From contig CM059432.1 in NCBI GenBank assembly GCA_030390025.1, positions 135,782,001 through 135,846,000 on the forward strand: a stretch of DNA of 64,000 nt, read 5' to 3'. Every line of letters begins with the position of its first letter. Within the stretch, counting starts at the first letter, position 1. The notes under the pieces are model-generated. The model was not told the DNA's origin. It saw only the letters and a program-made list of their open reading frames with translations, and made no database searches. The position numbers and the translations under genes were made by a program. This DNA comes from Squalus acanthias (Eukaryota). Below, one piece after another: positions 12,170 to 25,110 of this stretch.

Positions 12170-13252
12170 TCTGTTACCTCTCGACATTGCTCTCCTGGCT
12201 GGCCTCCCACCTTGCGTCCTCCATAAACTTGAGCTCATCCAAAACTCTGCTGCCCCTATTCAAATTCACACCAGTCTCGTTCACCCATCACCCCTGTGCC
12301 CGCTGACCTACCTTGGCTCCCGGTTCAACAATGCCTCGATTTTAAAATTCACATCCTTATTATCAAATCACTCCATGGCTTCGCCCCTCCCTATCTCTGT
12401 AACCTCTTCCAGCCCTAAAACCCTCCGAGATTGCTGTGCTAACTGCAATTCTGGCCTCTTGTGCATCCCCGATTTTTATCGCTCCACCATTGGCGGCCGT
12501 GCCTTCAGCTGCCTGGGCCCTAAGTTCTGGAATTCCCTCGCTAAACCCCTCCACTTCTCTACCCCTCTCTCCTCCTTGAAGATGCTCTTTAAAACTTACT
12601 TCTTTGACAAAACTTTTGGTCACCTGTCTTTATCTCCTTATGTGGCTCAGTATCATATTCTGTTTGATGACAACGCTGCCTCCGCAAGATCCTGCAAATC
12701 CATTGGCAGGATAGGCGCACCAACGTCAGTGTTCTTGCTCAGGCCAACATCCCCAGCATCGAAGCTTTGACCACGCTCGATCAGCTCCGATGGACGGGTC
12801 ACATTGTCCGCATGCCCGATACGAGACGCCCAAAACAAGCGCTCTACTCGGAGCTCCGGTACGGCAAGAGAGCCCCAGGTGGGCAGAGGAAACGCTTCAA
12901 GGACACCCTCAAAGCCTCCTTGAAAAAGTGTAACATCCCCACCGACACCTGGAATCCCTGGCCCAAGACCGCTCAAAGTGGAGGAGAAGCATCCGGGAAG
13001 ACGCCGAACACCTCGAGTCTCTTCGCCGGGAGCAAGCGGAAGCCAAGCGCAGGCAGCGCAAGGAGCGCATGTCAACCCAAGCACCCCACCCACCCACCCC
13101 TTCAACCACCGTCTGCCCCACCTGTGACAGAGACTGTAGGTCCCGCATTGGACTCATCAGTCACCTGAGAACTCATTTTTAATGTGGAAGCAAGTCATCC
13201 TTGGCTCCGAGGGAAGTTTAAGGCGCTATATAAATGCAAGTTGCTATTGTTG
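12170..13252 (+). mobile_element. L2 LINE 3' end split by RTE insertion
   Basis: LLAGLPPCVLHKLELIQNSAA remnant. The tail resumes after the RTE at ~13215 (GTTAAGGCGCTATATAAATGCAAG). Confidence 0.85.
12670..13214 (+). mobile_element. RTE (BovB-like) LINE 3' end
   Basis: QRCLRKILQIHWQDR..LRWTGHIVRMPDTRRPKQALYSEL..GGQRKRFKDTLK, with terminal C2H2-like CPTCDRDCRSRIGLISHLRTH. Confidence 0.9.
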
Positions 13253-15621
13253 TACAGTACCTGTAACTACAGATTTTACATAAAACCATCTTAAAACTCT
13301 TTAACCTGACAGTGCTTCAGCTACGATCATCTTTCATCCCCTACGCCGAATCCTCCCCCCCTCAACCGCCCCCCTCCCTCGGCAACTAAATTGCTGTCAA
13401 ACACATAATCCTCACAGCTTGCCACCAAAGAGACACTTGAAGCTGTCTGTCAGGGACATAAATGACAGAGGAGTACAAGGAAAGTAGGGAATTAATAAAG
13501 TTCAACAAGGCAGAAAGCACGGGTTAACCAGTGAGCAGCGATGTTTTTTACAGCTCCTGGTTATTTTAACCTTTTATCTCTGTCTGAATGCATCTAAAAA
13601 AAAACCCGTACATACCCTTTTTTATGAGAATGTTGACTGAGGGTGGTCACCATCTGTGCAAACTGTCTCAAACGGTGACTTCCTCTCAAAGCCAGAAAGC
13701 ACATGAAATGTCTTAGAAAAAAAAAGCTGGGACCAGTTTGAGTAGGAATAGGTTTATTTATTACGTGAGTTCAGTCGGCATTTTTCGGTAAAACAAAGTG
13801 AGATTTATGAACGATATCGCTGACGCAGCTTTGAAAGTTGCAGGATTTTAGTATAAATGCGCTGAGAATTAAGAGCGCCGCACATGTTTAAAGAGCAGGC
13901 GTCTTTGCACAGACTAAATATAAAAACACAATTTAAGGAAGCTGGAAATATTGAAACTTGAGAAGTGAAGAGTGAAACTATTTAAAGTATGACAAAGAAG
14001 AAATTTAGCAAAACTGTGTTGCAGCGATAATGATTGGACAAATATAAATCAGGATTGGCCCTGTGGAGTCGTTAGACTGACTGGTTGACACTATTTGTAA
14101 TGACACATTTTACCTAATTAGTATATTTAAGATACACAGATACAGTTGGCATCTCTATGCTTTACAGTGATAAGATTTCTTATGTGACTATTTTCCTATA
14201 CATTCGAGAACCAGATGGGGAGGATGGTACCACAAACTCCATTAGTTACGCTTACCCTTTAATACTTCTTGCTTTGCTTTGAAACAACAGTTTTCTCTGA
14301 TCTGCTTTCTGTGCAAAGAGGAAAAAAAGGCAGCGATGGTCAATCATTAGTGCTCTTTTGCAGTAATAAAATGTCTAGACAGCAATTAACATCCATTTCC
14401 CTCAAGAATTTAACTGTGTCATCAGTGACTCTTCACAGCTTGCAGTGACCAATTTGAAGATGTTTCATCATCAATCAATTTCTAAATTTGAACAGTATTT
14501 GCTTTCAAGAGTGCTTTGTCTTCCACACCCCCTTTCCTGCCCTGACAACAGTGCAAAAAAAGATAAGGCCAGATAGTTTTAGCCCAGCCTCAATTAGCAT
14601 GCCCTCTAGATAAAATGTGTGAATTCCAAACGGCAGTGCTGCTAATTACCTCCAAAATGGAACTTGTGACATTCCCTCACAAACGTCGCACAAGTCCACG
14701 ACAAACAAGAATTAAACAGGAGGAAACCAATGGATCCTTGTTTACCTGTTGATTTATTTCATTGAATGATTTTGTCATTATTCTATGGTGCTGGTCAATT
14801 GGAAGGGGACTAGCAAATACACAGCTTGTCTTCTGAATAATGTTACTGAAATTATAAATACATGCGCCAACAGCCCGACAAAGGGGGACCTGCCACATTT
14901 AGAAGTGGACAGCAAAGTTTTAATTACACCAGAATGGTGGGAGGCAAGTCCTCTGCAATGGCCGATTTAATCGGCATCTGTTTCTGCTGCTTAGAAAGTC
15001 TGCTTTAATGCCAAATATTTTCTAGAGTGTTCGGAGATAATTAAAACAATCTGTTCCTCGCGAGAGCGAAGGTCCTATCAATCGTAGCTTAATAGGTCCA
15101 TTATATAGAAGATATTTATGTCCAGCTTTAATCGAAGGATGGGAACAAAAAAAACATACTAGATTATGTATTCCAGTTAAACACAAACTATAAAATTATT
15201 TACACAAAGCAACCAAGGCCAGCAAAGGGGCAGAGAGGGTTGTGAATATATTTTCCAATTGATTTCTCAAGATGTAAAAATTAATAGAAGTGATCTGAAC
15301 ACAGAATATGACCATTACCGAGACACAGTATTTGACAGCAGTTGAAATCACCGAGGATTAATTGTCTTGAGTTAAAGTTGTCTTGAAAATAATTTGAGAG
15401 CATTTGAATTTGAGAGTGTGGAGAAAATGACCAACTTTATTCAATGTACCCCCAAGGTATTCTTAATGGGGTTCATCTATCTTGCAACCGTTTGCTTGCC
15501 TGTTGGAAATTCTTCCTGATTCTGTATTTATTGGAGTTCGTCTAGCTGAGCGATGGTGGAGAAATTCACTTCTTGCAGTGATCATTCCCAGGACAGGTAA
15601 AACATAGATGGGATTTAAACC

Positions 15622-15933
15622 TTGCTCCGAGATATCTGTGCCCCTCCAATTCTGGCCTCTTGTGCATCCCTGATTTTAATCGCTCCACCATTGGCGGCCG
15701 TGCCTTCAGCTGCCTGGGCACTAAGCTCTGGAATTCCCTGCCTAAACCTCTCCACCTCTCTACCTCTCTCTCCTCCTTTAAGACACTCCTTAAAACCTAC
15801 CTCTTTGACCAAACATTTGTTCACCTGTCCTAATATCTCCTTTTGTGGCATGGTGTCTAATTTGTTTGATAACGCTCCTGTGTGGCGCCATGGGACATTT
15901 TACTATGTTAAAGGCGCTATATAAATGCAAGTT
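15622..15933 (+). mobile_element. L2 LINE 3' end
   Basis: Same L2 tail family as 10302-10590. Confidence 0.9.
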
Positions 15934-16179
15934 GGAGTTTGCTGCCACAGTAATGTGCTTCAGTAATGATATTTTCATTGTACAAATAATTAGCTATAAT
16001 TGAGTCTGAGAAATACAAAGGAAGAATAATTGCTTACTAATCTGAGTGACCCCAATGTCCATGTGTGTGGTCTACAACAATTCTCAGGATTGTATTGTTT
16101 GAATTCTGATTTGTTGAAACCCAACAAGAATTGTTTTTCCTTCTGCACATAGGAAGAACCTGGAGTCAACTGCGGCCAA

Positions 16180-16590
16180 CAGCAACAACAACAACTTGTA
16201 TTTATATAGTGCCTTTAAAGTAGTAAAACATCCCGAGGCACTTCACAGGAGCGATTATCAAACAAAATTTAACACCAAGCCACATAAGAAGATATTAGGA
16301 CAGATGACCAAATAATTGGCCAAAGAGGTAGGTTCTAAGGAGCGTCTTGAAGGAGGAGAGAGGTGTGGAGAGACGGAGAGGTTTAGGGAGCGAATTCCAG
16401 AGCTCAGGGCCTAGGCAGCTGAAGGCACGGCCAACAATGGTGGGGCGAATAACATCGGGGATGCGCAAGAGGCCGGAATTGGAGTCGCTCAGATATCTCG
16501 GAGGGTTGTAGGGCTGGAAGAGATTACAGAGATAGGGAGGGGCGAGGCCATGGAGGGCTTTGAAAACAAGGATGAGAATTTTAAGATCGA
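16180..16590 (-). mobile_element. L2 LINE 3' end
   Basis: ORF 16295-16627 contains FKALHGLAPPYL..RAFSCLGPELWNSLP. Confidence 0.9.
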
Positions 16591-16837
16591 CGTGTTGCCA
16601 AAGTATGTGTGGGTGACCTGCTCCCAAACCTCTGCTAACACCTCATCAAATCAACCATGTATGTGGTGTACAGGAATGACCTGGGGATGTCTTGCCGTTT
16701 CAATTCTCTCTTTCCTTTTGAATCCTGGCTCAGTGGTTCTACATGGGGATTAACTGCCTTGAGATATTTGGACATTAAAGGCCTGATATTAGTGTTAGTA
16801 ATAGTGTTGTTATGTAACTGAGGAACTGAGTAGGTAC

Positions 16838-17362
16838 CTTAAAACCTACGTCTTTGACCAAGCTTTTGGTCACCTGTCCTAATATCTCTTTATGTGGCTT
16901 GGTGTCAAGTTTTGTCTGATTATTGCTCTTGTGAAGCACCTTGGGACATTTCTACTACGTTACAGGCGCTATATAAATGCATTTTGTTGTTGTTGCTGTG
17001 ATCGGAAACTCAATGATTTGAGGATCGCTGCTATGATCACATATCCAAACACTTTATAGCGCTGTAGTTTGGCATTTCAACCTGCTTGGTGCCAGCATAC
17101 CACCATGTAAACAGGCGGCCGTGCCTTTAGCTGCCAAGGCCCTAAGCTCTGGAATTCCCTCCCTAAACCTCACCGCCTCTCTACCTCTTTCCTCCTTTAA
17201 GACGCTCCTTAAAACCTACGCTTTGACCAAGCTTTTGGTCATCTGCCCTAATATCTCCTTATGTGGCTCGGTGTCAAATTTTGTTTGATAACGCTCCTGT
17301 GAAGTGCCTTGGGACGTTTTACTATGTTAAAGGTGCTATATAAATGCAAGTTGTTATCGTTG
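16838..17362 (+). mobile_element. Two short L2 3' tails (16838-16995, 17114-17362)
   Basis: CCTTAAAACCTAC...CTATATAAATGCA(AG)TTGTTG tails. Confidence 0.85.
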
Positions 17363-17865
17363 CTCCAAAATATACTGTGATAAACTATTTTTAGAAACAA
17401 GCTCTTTTTACTACACTGTAGCACATCTCCATAATCTGGACCCTGGAAACCTCATCCAGCAAGGTGCGAAACTGCTGAAACGCTTGAATGAAGCATTTTT
17501 TTAAAAACAAAGCATTTACAGAGATGCCAGAAAGTTCACCATGGTCCAAGAAAAACAAAACAAACTCCTTGAATGTTCTCAAATTATGGTCAGTCAGTTA
17601 GCATAACCAGACTGATCACTGATGCCACAAGGCTTTGCCATTTCCCTTTGTGAGCTCCCACAGCCGTTTGCTCATTGTCACTCCTCCATTCAGGTCTTTC
17701 TGTGCACATTGCTGCCCCCTCAGTTTTGGCATTTTGCATGGTCTTTTCCCAGGTGAGACCTAGTTCATCACTTTTATATCTCAGCTATATTCTGCTGCTG
17801 CTCCTAGGCGACTTCTTATTGCTTCAGTCTTGGTCATTCTGTCCTCGACAGCCTCCTCCTACAAT

Positions 17866-18563
17866 GGGCTGGATATTCCGATCCCTACGGGTGGGTACGT
17901 GCTGTGTACTCACCCGTAGGGACATCGGAAATGCCAGGTTTCAGGCATGCACAGCGCGTGCGCTGGAAACCGGTATATCCGATCTTGACAGATCCTTTGG
18001 CTGCCCTGGAGAAGGGCCTCTGCGGGCAGATAGTTCCGCTTTTTGGAGACCCTCCGCCCGCAGAAAACCCTTACAATTCTTACGCGTAATTCAGGCGTAA
18101 GGCCTGCTTTTACCAGGATAAGAGTTGAAAAAAGTTTTTTTTAAAAATTTCACTGATTTATCATTTAAAAATACTTTAAGAAAGGTAAGTTTATTTTTAG
18201 CCCTGTAAAAAACTAATTATTTTTTCAAAAATTTAAATTTTTGTTTAAAATAGTTAATTTATTGTAATTTCAAGTCATTTTAAAAATGTGATATTTTAAA
18301 AATTTATTTAAAGTTTTGGGGGTGATCTCCATTCGTGTATGAAGGGAGATTCCCTTCTGTGATTGGCTCCCCATGGCCCACGTGATCCCAGGGACGCTGC
18401 GAACTACCTGCGCCCCTGGGATACGTGGGCCCTGCGCAATTCAAGTTTGGTGAGGCCCAGGAGCGGAAGCGTGTGCGTCCCGGGAGCCCTCAGGTAAGGG
18501 CGCAGATTTTTCCAGATCGCAGGCCTCCGCCCGCAGGAGGCCTGCGATCGGAATATCTGGGCC
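17866..18563. mobile_element. Harbinger-type non-autonomous element with AT-rich core
   Basis: TIR GGGCTGGATATTCCGATC / GATCGGAATATCTGGGCC; flanks are AAT and ATT. Confidence 0.85.
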
Positions 18564-18629
18564 ATTATGCTTTAAAAGCGCCCAGCTTCAGCTTCTACGC
18601 TACTTTCCCAGGTCCAGCTCTCAGTACCG

Positions 18630-18912
18630 TACATAGAATTACATAGAATGTACGGCACAGAAACAGGCCATTCGGCACAACTGGTCTGTGCCGGTGTTTA
18701 TGCTCCACACGAGCCTCCTCCCACCCCTCTTTGTCTCACCCTATCAGCATAACCTTCTATTCCTTTCTCCCTCATGTGTTTATCCAGCTTCCCCTTAAAT
18801 GCATCAGTGCTATTCGCCTCAACCACTCCCTGTGGTCGCGAGTTCTACATTCTAACCACTCTCTGGGTAAAGAAGTTTCTCCTGAATTCCCTACTGGATT
18901 TATTAGTGACTA
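18630..18912 (-). mobile_element. CR1 LINE 3' tail
   Basis: ACATAGAATTACATAGAA microsatellite tail and reverse WNS-region remnant. Confidence 0.8.
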
Positions 18913-20044
18913 TCTGACACTAGGCTCATCCAATCCCTTCTACAAACTGTGGAGCCACTTTTACACTTAGCACTGCTCCTTCTGAAGCGGAGATGCCGGT
19001 GTTGGACTGGGGTGGACAAAATTGAGAGGTCGCGACCTCTCACTTCTGAAGCCCCCAGACCCTGAAACATTTCTCAGACCTGCCCAGTGAACTGTTTCTC
19101 GCTGATTATTTGAAGTCCTAACAGCTTTAAATTGCAGACCCCATGCTTAAACCCATTTTACTATCTGACAAGGCAAAAGACATACGATGATATGGATAGA
19201 TCAATTTAAAGCTTTGACTGTGATGAAAATAGAATTCAGGGTTATTATTTATGCCTAATTATGAGGTATAGGTTCTTGCACTTTACCTGTCAGTTGTTTG
19301 TCTTACACACGCTACATTAGGTCTTCTTTGTTCAGGGGTTTTGTGAGAAGGTAATTTCAGTGTCAGAGCATGAGCTGCTATTTGATGTCTGAATAAACAA
19401 ACAATTTGAGGAAGGCTGTTTCTCTTGTCTTTTCACAAAGCCAGATCACCTTTCTGATACTAATTAAAAATACCATCGGCTCGGCTAGTTCAGAACTGCA
19501 AGCATGCTGCTAATAGCAGAAACAATGAACTGAAGCTCGATATCATTCCAGAGATACTTTTTTGCAGCATCACAGTTTCCAAATTGTAAATGCATTTTCC
19601 TCCTTCATCCCCCCACCGGACAGCTGGCCTCGCAAGAATGTTTTCATCATGATTATTAATTCTGCAGGAAGCATTCATCAATTGCAACAATGATTGTATG
19701 TGTTTGCTGAGGAAAGGGATAGGTCCATAATAACTCTTTGAAGTGGCTTTTTAACTCAACTTTCCAATGACTAACTTTGCCAGAAAGGATTGGAGGGGGA
19801 TGGTAGTATTACATGAAAAGGAAATGCAATAAAGGCTTCCTTATGACACCAATTTGCACATTTGTTGTGCTTTGATATGCAAAACAGGTTTCATGGCATA
19901 TAAAGCTGAATTACTATGAGCTCCGTGGTTAGTGACAGTATATTTCTGAGGGGATGATCTGACTCAAATGACTGCAAGGTCTTTGTAGACATTCAGGAGT
20001 TTATCTTGTCCAGTGAGGCAGGTGGGGAGTTAGCACAGTTCCAG

Positions 20045-20325
20045 CAGCGAGTTCTTCCGCGGTGTCTTGGCTATCATTTATCCCTCAACCAACACCACTA
20101 AAAGCTGATTATTTTGTCATTGCTGTTTGTGGGAGCTTGCTGTGCGCAAATTGGCTGCCGCGTTTACCGACAGTGCAACAGTGACTACACTTCAAAAGTA
20201 CTTAATTGGCTGTGAACCACTTTGGGACATCCTCAGGGCATGAAAGGGGTTATATAGCAAGTTCTATAGCAAGGGGTTATATAGCAAGTTCTATAGCAAG
20301 GGGTTATATAGCAAGTTCTTTCTTC
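20045..20325 (+). mobile_element. DeuSINE 3' half with tandemly triplicated tail
   Basis: Deu domain match; 27-bp unit AAGGGGTTATATAGCAAGTTCTATAGC repeated about 3 times. Confidence 0.8.
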
Positions 20326-20436
20326 TTTATAACCGTTTTTACATCAAAGGAGTGCAGGTGTGCCGTTCTCCCACAGTTGGCTGCAGTATTGGCCGAGAAA
20401 GGACAGACTTGTGGACCCATGGAAATGTAGATCATC

Positions 20437-20838
20437 AACAACAACAACTTGTATTTATATAGCGTCTTTAATGTAGTAAAACGTCCCAAGGGACTTCACA
20501 GGAGCGTTATCAAACAAAATTTGACACTGAGCCACATAAGAAGGTATTAGGGCAGAAAACCAAAAGCTTGGCCAAAGAGGTAGGTTTTAAGTAGCGTCTT
20601 GAAGGAGGAAAATTGAGAGAGAGAGAGTTGTTGCTGTAGAGAGGCGGAGAGGTTTAAGGAGGGAATTCCAGAGCTCAGGGCCTCAGCAGCTGTAGGGACG
20701 GCCATCAACGGCAGAGTGATTAAAATCGGGGGATGCTCAAGAAGCAAGAATTGCAGGTGCGCAGAGATCTCGGAGGGTTGTGGGGCTGGAGGAGATTACA
20801 GAGATAGGGAGGGGCGAGGCCATGGAGGGATTTGAAAA
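20437..20838 (-). mobile_element. L2 LINE 3' end
   Basis: (CAA)n tail plus L2 coding remnant. Confidence 0.9.
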
Positions 20839-22514
20839 AAAATGAAGGATCAATGAATCCGCCATCGGATTAAGTACCTGCTGTTACGGCAAGCGATGTG
20901 ACCAGAGCCGGTCCCCGTGTGTGCATGTTCCTCTTTTGACTGGGTCTGCATATTTCACATCAGAGTCCAGCAGGCATACGGAAACTGGCCCCTAATGACA
21001 AATTTAAATGGCGGGGGGGGTGGGGGGCGGCGGGGGCGGAAACGGAAACATGGAGGTCACTCTCTCAAGATCGGAGGTAAAGAAAATGGTGATGTGAAAG
21101 TAACTGAAGACATTATCTGGGTTTCCCTGGCGAGGACTGCATCAGACGCCAACCTTGCTGCTGCTGGTTACATTGTACTCAGGGTCCGAATGCCGTCATC
21201 AGACCCCGACTTTTGAACGTCAATGAGGCTCCCCATCTGCCTGGGAGAGGGCCTCGCATGCTGCCCAAAATGTGCCAGTTAAAATGGCATGTTGGCATGT
21301 GTGCAGTGAGTGCCATGCTGCCGATATTTTAAGCCCGGCACACCCCGTTCTCGTCAGGCGGGGGGATGTTAAAACTGAGGCTTTAGTATCAAGACCGACA
21401 CTTGAATGAGGTACAGGTGATTTGCACTTGTGGAACCATTTCCCAGCAAGGAGTCAACACCTACAGGAGGGAGAAGAGTAAATTAGGGGAGAAAGCTCGG
21501 TGAGAGAAAAAAATAAGTATTGTGACTTTGATAAAAAGTAAAAGTGCAATATTCTTCTTGGACATCTCGACAGAGATCACGCATATGAGTATCTGCCAAA
21601 ACATCACTATAACAAACATCTTCTCAAGGGCAACTAGGGATGGACAATGAATGCTGGCCTTGCTAGTGATGTCCATATCCCAAAGAAGGAATAAAAGAAA
21701 GGTTGCAAGGATTGCAGTGGGGTTGGATGACTATCACTTCTATCTTTGACACTACAATATTGACACTTTGTTCACAGGCAGGAATTTTTGCCTTTCAATC
21801 AAGTAGCTGAGCAAAACAAGGCCTTTAAAGCTGTTAGCCAGTTGCAAGTCAATTGGCTGCTTTACTTTAGAAAGTCGGTGCCAGAGTAAATTTAGCGTGG
21901 GTTCCATCTCAGAATAAAGATTGTAAAGTTATTGTAGCAGGGTGATTGAGCGGGAGGAGACTGTCTCCAGCCAGCTGAGCAGAAACGTGTGAGGTTCAAG
22001 AGAAGGGAAAAGAAAACTGAAAGAGGCTGGGAGTTCGAGAGCTTTCGAAGACTACTGTTTGTAGGAGAAAGGAAGCTCTGAGATGGTAGGACCATGTAAC
22101 ACAATGTAAACCTTGTGTAACCAGTCTCATATCCAAACAGAGTCACTCCTCTGACATCACAGTGTTACTGGTCTTGTTACAATGTAAGCTGATGCCTGTG
22201 TGAAACCGAAATCCATCAAGCAACTACAAGCACCAGAATGTTAAATTGGTGTGATTGTATTGGTAGCCTTGCTCCATGCCTGTACAACTGAGGTAGGCTC
22301 TCCCTGTGACTCATTCGACACCATGTGGTATACTACCGAGCCATACAGAAATGGAATATCCAGGTTTGGTTCTCGGTCTCGGCTAGGGCAATGATTAGCT
22401 GCTACAGTTGGCTTCAGTAACCTTTGGCTAGGGTGGAGAAATAAAATAAACCCTAAGCGTTTGCATGTGGATAGTGAGCGAGGACGGCTTTGGGTTCAGC
22501 TGTGATGGACCCCA

Positions 22515-24578
22515 AGGTTCAATTTTGTTCCCCACTTTCTCCCCGCCTCGCTAAAAAGCTACGGGGAAGAATTTCGTTTGAGCCAGGAAAGTTGCCGGTG
22601 TCACCAGCAACTAGAGTTAACGGCTGCTGAAAAAATGGCTGCAACGCTGACGGGGCAAAATTCGTCAGGGGGGATGGAGATTGTTGGCGCAGCGCTTACC
22701 TGCCACGCAACACCGTCCTGGTGGCGTTGCTGGAGGCATCCAAGACGAATTTCCCGTCCAGGAGCGGCGTTCGAGCTTCGCACAACCTCTGGAAGCGAGG
22801 CTGTGGAGCTCGCAAGGAATTGTGGGCAATGAAGAGGTCTGAGAATTAAAGGGGCCATGCACACTGAAGCAATACAAATTATAATGAAGTGAGACAGTGC
22901 AGTTTTCAGCCCTTTCTGCCTTTTAAAAAATATTTAACATTAAAAAGAAGTCCCAATAGTGAATATTCAGCTCTTAAAGTTGAATTCCCTTCCTAACCTC
23001 AAAAAATGGGAAAAATGCCTCAGCACTAACACAAATGGCTCAGCAAGCCAAGGAAGGGGCACCCAGGGTCTTGCATGCAGCACTCCATCTTTGTGCAGGG
23101 GGGTCAACACTGCAAGAGAGGTCCTCTATCCACAGGGGCCAGGAGGCCCTCCAGAAAGAATGAAGTGGGACTACATCACCGAGGCCGTCACTGCCAGCAG
23201 TGTCGCCCCCACCACCTGGCTCCAGTGCCCAAAGAAGCTTCATGACCTCAGACAACTGATCAAGGTCAGTGAATGCATCTTCAAAAGCTGACTCCTTCCA
23301 ACTGCACCACTAGCCTCACACACTGCTCAATGCACAACCCCCACCCCAATCACTCACCTACCAACAATCTGCACCAATCACGAGGCACATCTCCCATTCC
23401 TAGCCTTACCTCACCCCCTTGGAGGAGACGGTGCAGGCCATTCTTGGCTGGGGCATGGCTGAGTCCTTGGCCAGTGGCGGGGCTGAAAGGATAAACGATG
23501 CTGGTATCCTCATACGTTATCATACTTCTGGCATGCACCTCATGCTTTCCCACCCTCCCATCACCACAATTCCACCCTTGTGCCTTCCTCATTTCACACA
23601 CTCAAGAAATGCAACCTGCCCAGCCAGTTGGTGACCAAGAAGAGGGAGAGGAGAGTCAACCAGCAAGGCCATTTGCAGTGTCCCCCACTGAAAGTCGGCA
23701 GCCTTCCAGCAGCCATGCTGCAGTCACTGGGGTAGCATTGAGTGACATCAGTAGGATAGGCAAAGGCACACACAAGACAGGCACTAGGAGAATGCATAAT
23801 GGTGATGAGTTGATTTCTTGATGTCACATTGGATGGATAGCCGTGTATAGGTGGATTAGAACGTTTGCTTTGTAGTGGCTTTTATTTCAGCATTGTGGCC
23901 AAGAGGATGTTGCGATGGTCAGTAACAGATGGAAGGTAAGTGTGGGACTAATGTTGAAAGGTGAATTGGGGTTTTGGTCACTGGGACCACAGGCGGATGA
24001 TTCCATCCCACATATCCTGGCCACAAAGAGGCTGTCTGGGTTGCATCCTTCCTTCTGCTTCCTCCTCTCCTGCTTCCTCCTCTTCTGCTTCCTCCTCTTC
24101 TGTGTCTTTCTCTTCCCTCTGTATTAGCAACATTTTCTGTCTTCTCAGAGGCCTTCATTTACCATCCGAGCCCTTGCAAGTGTCCAGCAGCACTCCTTAC
24201 ACACTTTTAACATCTATTTCAGCAAGCCACTACTTCAATAAAAATGAAAAAAACACTCCAAAAGCTTAAATACAAACTTACCTGAATGATGTGTGTGACA
24301 TCACCACTGTCAGCCTGCTTGCACGTCAGATTAACCTGGCATGCTTAGGATCCAGTGCTAGGGTTGAAGTTCAGGTTAGTGATGTTAAGTCGGTGTTGCA
24401 CGCCGATTGACGCCAATTTTTCCAGCCTGGCGCTGCCAGTTACCGGCAGCGCAAAGGTAAGCACAAAATTGGCAGCTACCGCGGGACTTGCCACCAGCTG
24501 GCGAAAGAGTGGCAGCCGGCGTTTTAGCGCCATTCACTGGCGCTACGGAGTGCCGTTGAGGGGAGCAATTTCTGGCCC
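22515..24578 (-). mobile_element. Internally deleted Harbinger (relative of 34383-38049, opposite orientation)
   Basis: Right end GCAATTTCTGGCCC. 24290-24578 is the reverse homolog of the 34383 end. It keeps the Myb exon and the E-rich transposase tail (~24050-24110). Left end uncertain. Confidence 0.75.
23035..23264 (+). pseudogene. Harbinger Myb/SANT-like exon 1 remnant
   Basis: REVLYPQ..KWDYITEAVTASSVAPTTWLQCPKKLHDLRQLIK followed by a GTCAGT donor; frameshifted. Confidence 0.75.
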
Positions 24579-24600
24579 ACTGACTTCTGATGCAGTATTA

Positions 24601-25110
24601 AAGAAAGAAAGACTTGCATTTATATAAGAGCATAAGAACATAGGAAATAGGAGCAGGAGTAGGCCATACATCCCTTCAAGCCTGCTCTGCCATTCAATAA
24701 GATCATGGCTGATCTTCTATCTCAGCTTCACCATCCCGCACTAACCCCATATCCCTTGATTCCCTTAGTATCCAAAAATCTATCGATCTCTGTCTTGAAT
24801 ATACTCAACGACTGAGCATCCATAGTCCTCTGGGGGAAGAGAATTCCAAAGATTCACAACCCTCTGAGTGAAGAAATTTCTCTTCATCTCAGTTCCTAAA
24901 TGACTGACCCCTTATCCTGAGACTATGCCCCCTAGTTCTAGATCTCCCAGCCAGGGGAAACATCCTCCCAGCATCTACCCTGTCATGCCCCTTAAGAATT
25001 TTATATGTTTCAATGAGATTATAAAGCGCCTTTCACAACCTCAGGACGTCCCAAAGCGCTTTACTGCCAATGAAGTACTTTTGAAGTGCAGTCACTGTTG
25101 TAATGTTGGA
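24601..25110 (-). mobile_element. DeuSINE tail split by CR1 3' end (24628-25018)
   Basis: The SINE tail breaks at TTTATATA and resumes as TATAAAGCGCCTTTCAC; the insert has the CATAAGAACATAGG CR1 tail. Confidence 0.85.

Noticed and set aside
21890..22182. Possible solo LTR
   Set aside because: LTR-like composition, but no matched TG..CA pair with TSD could be established.
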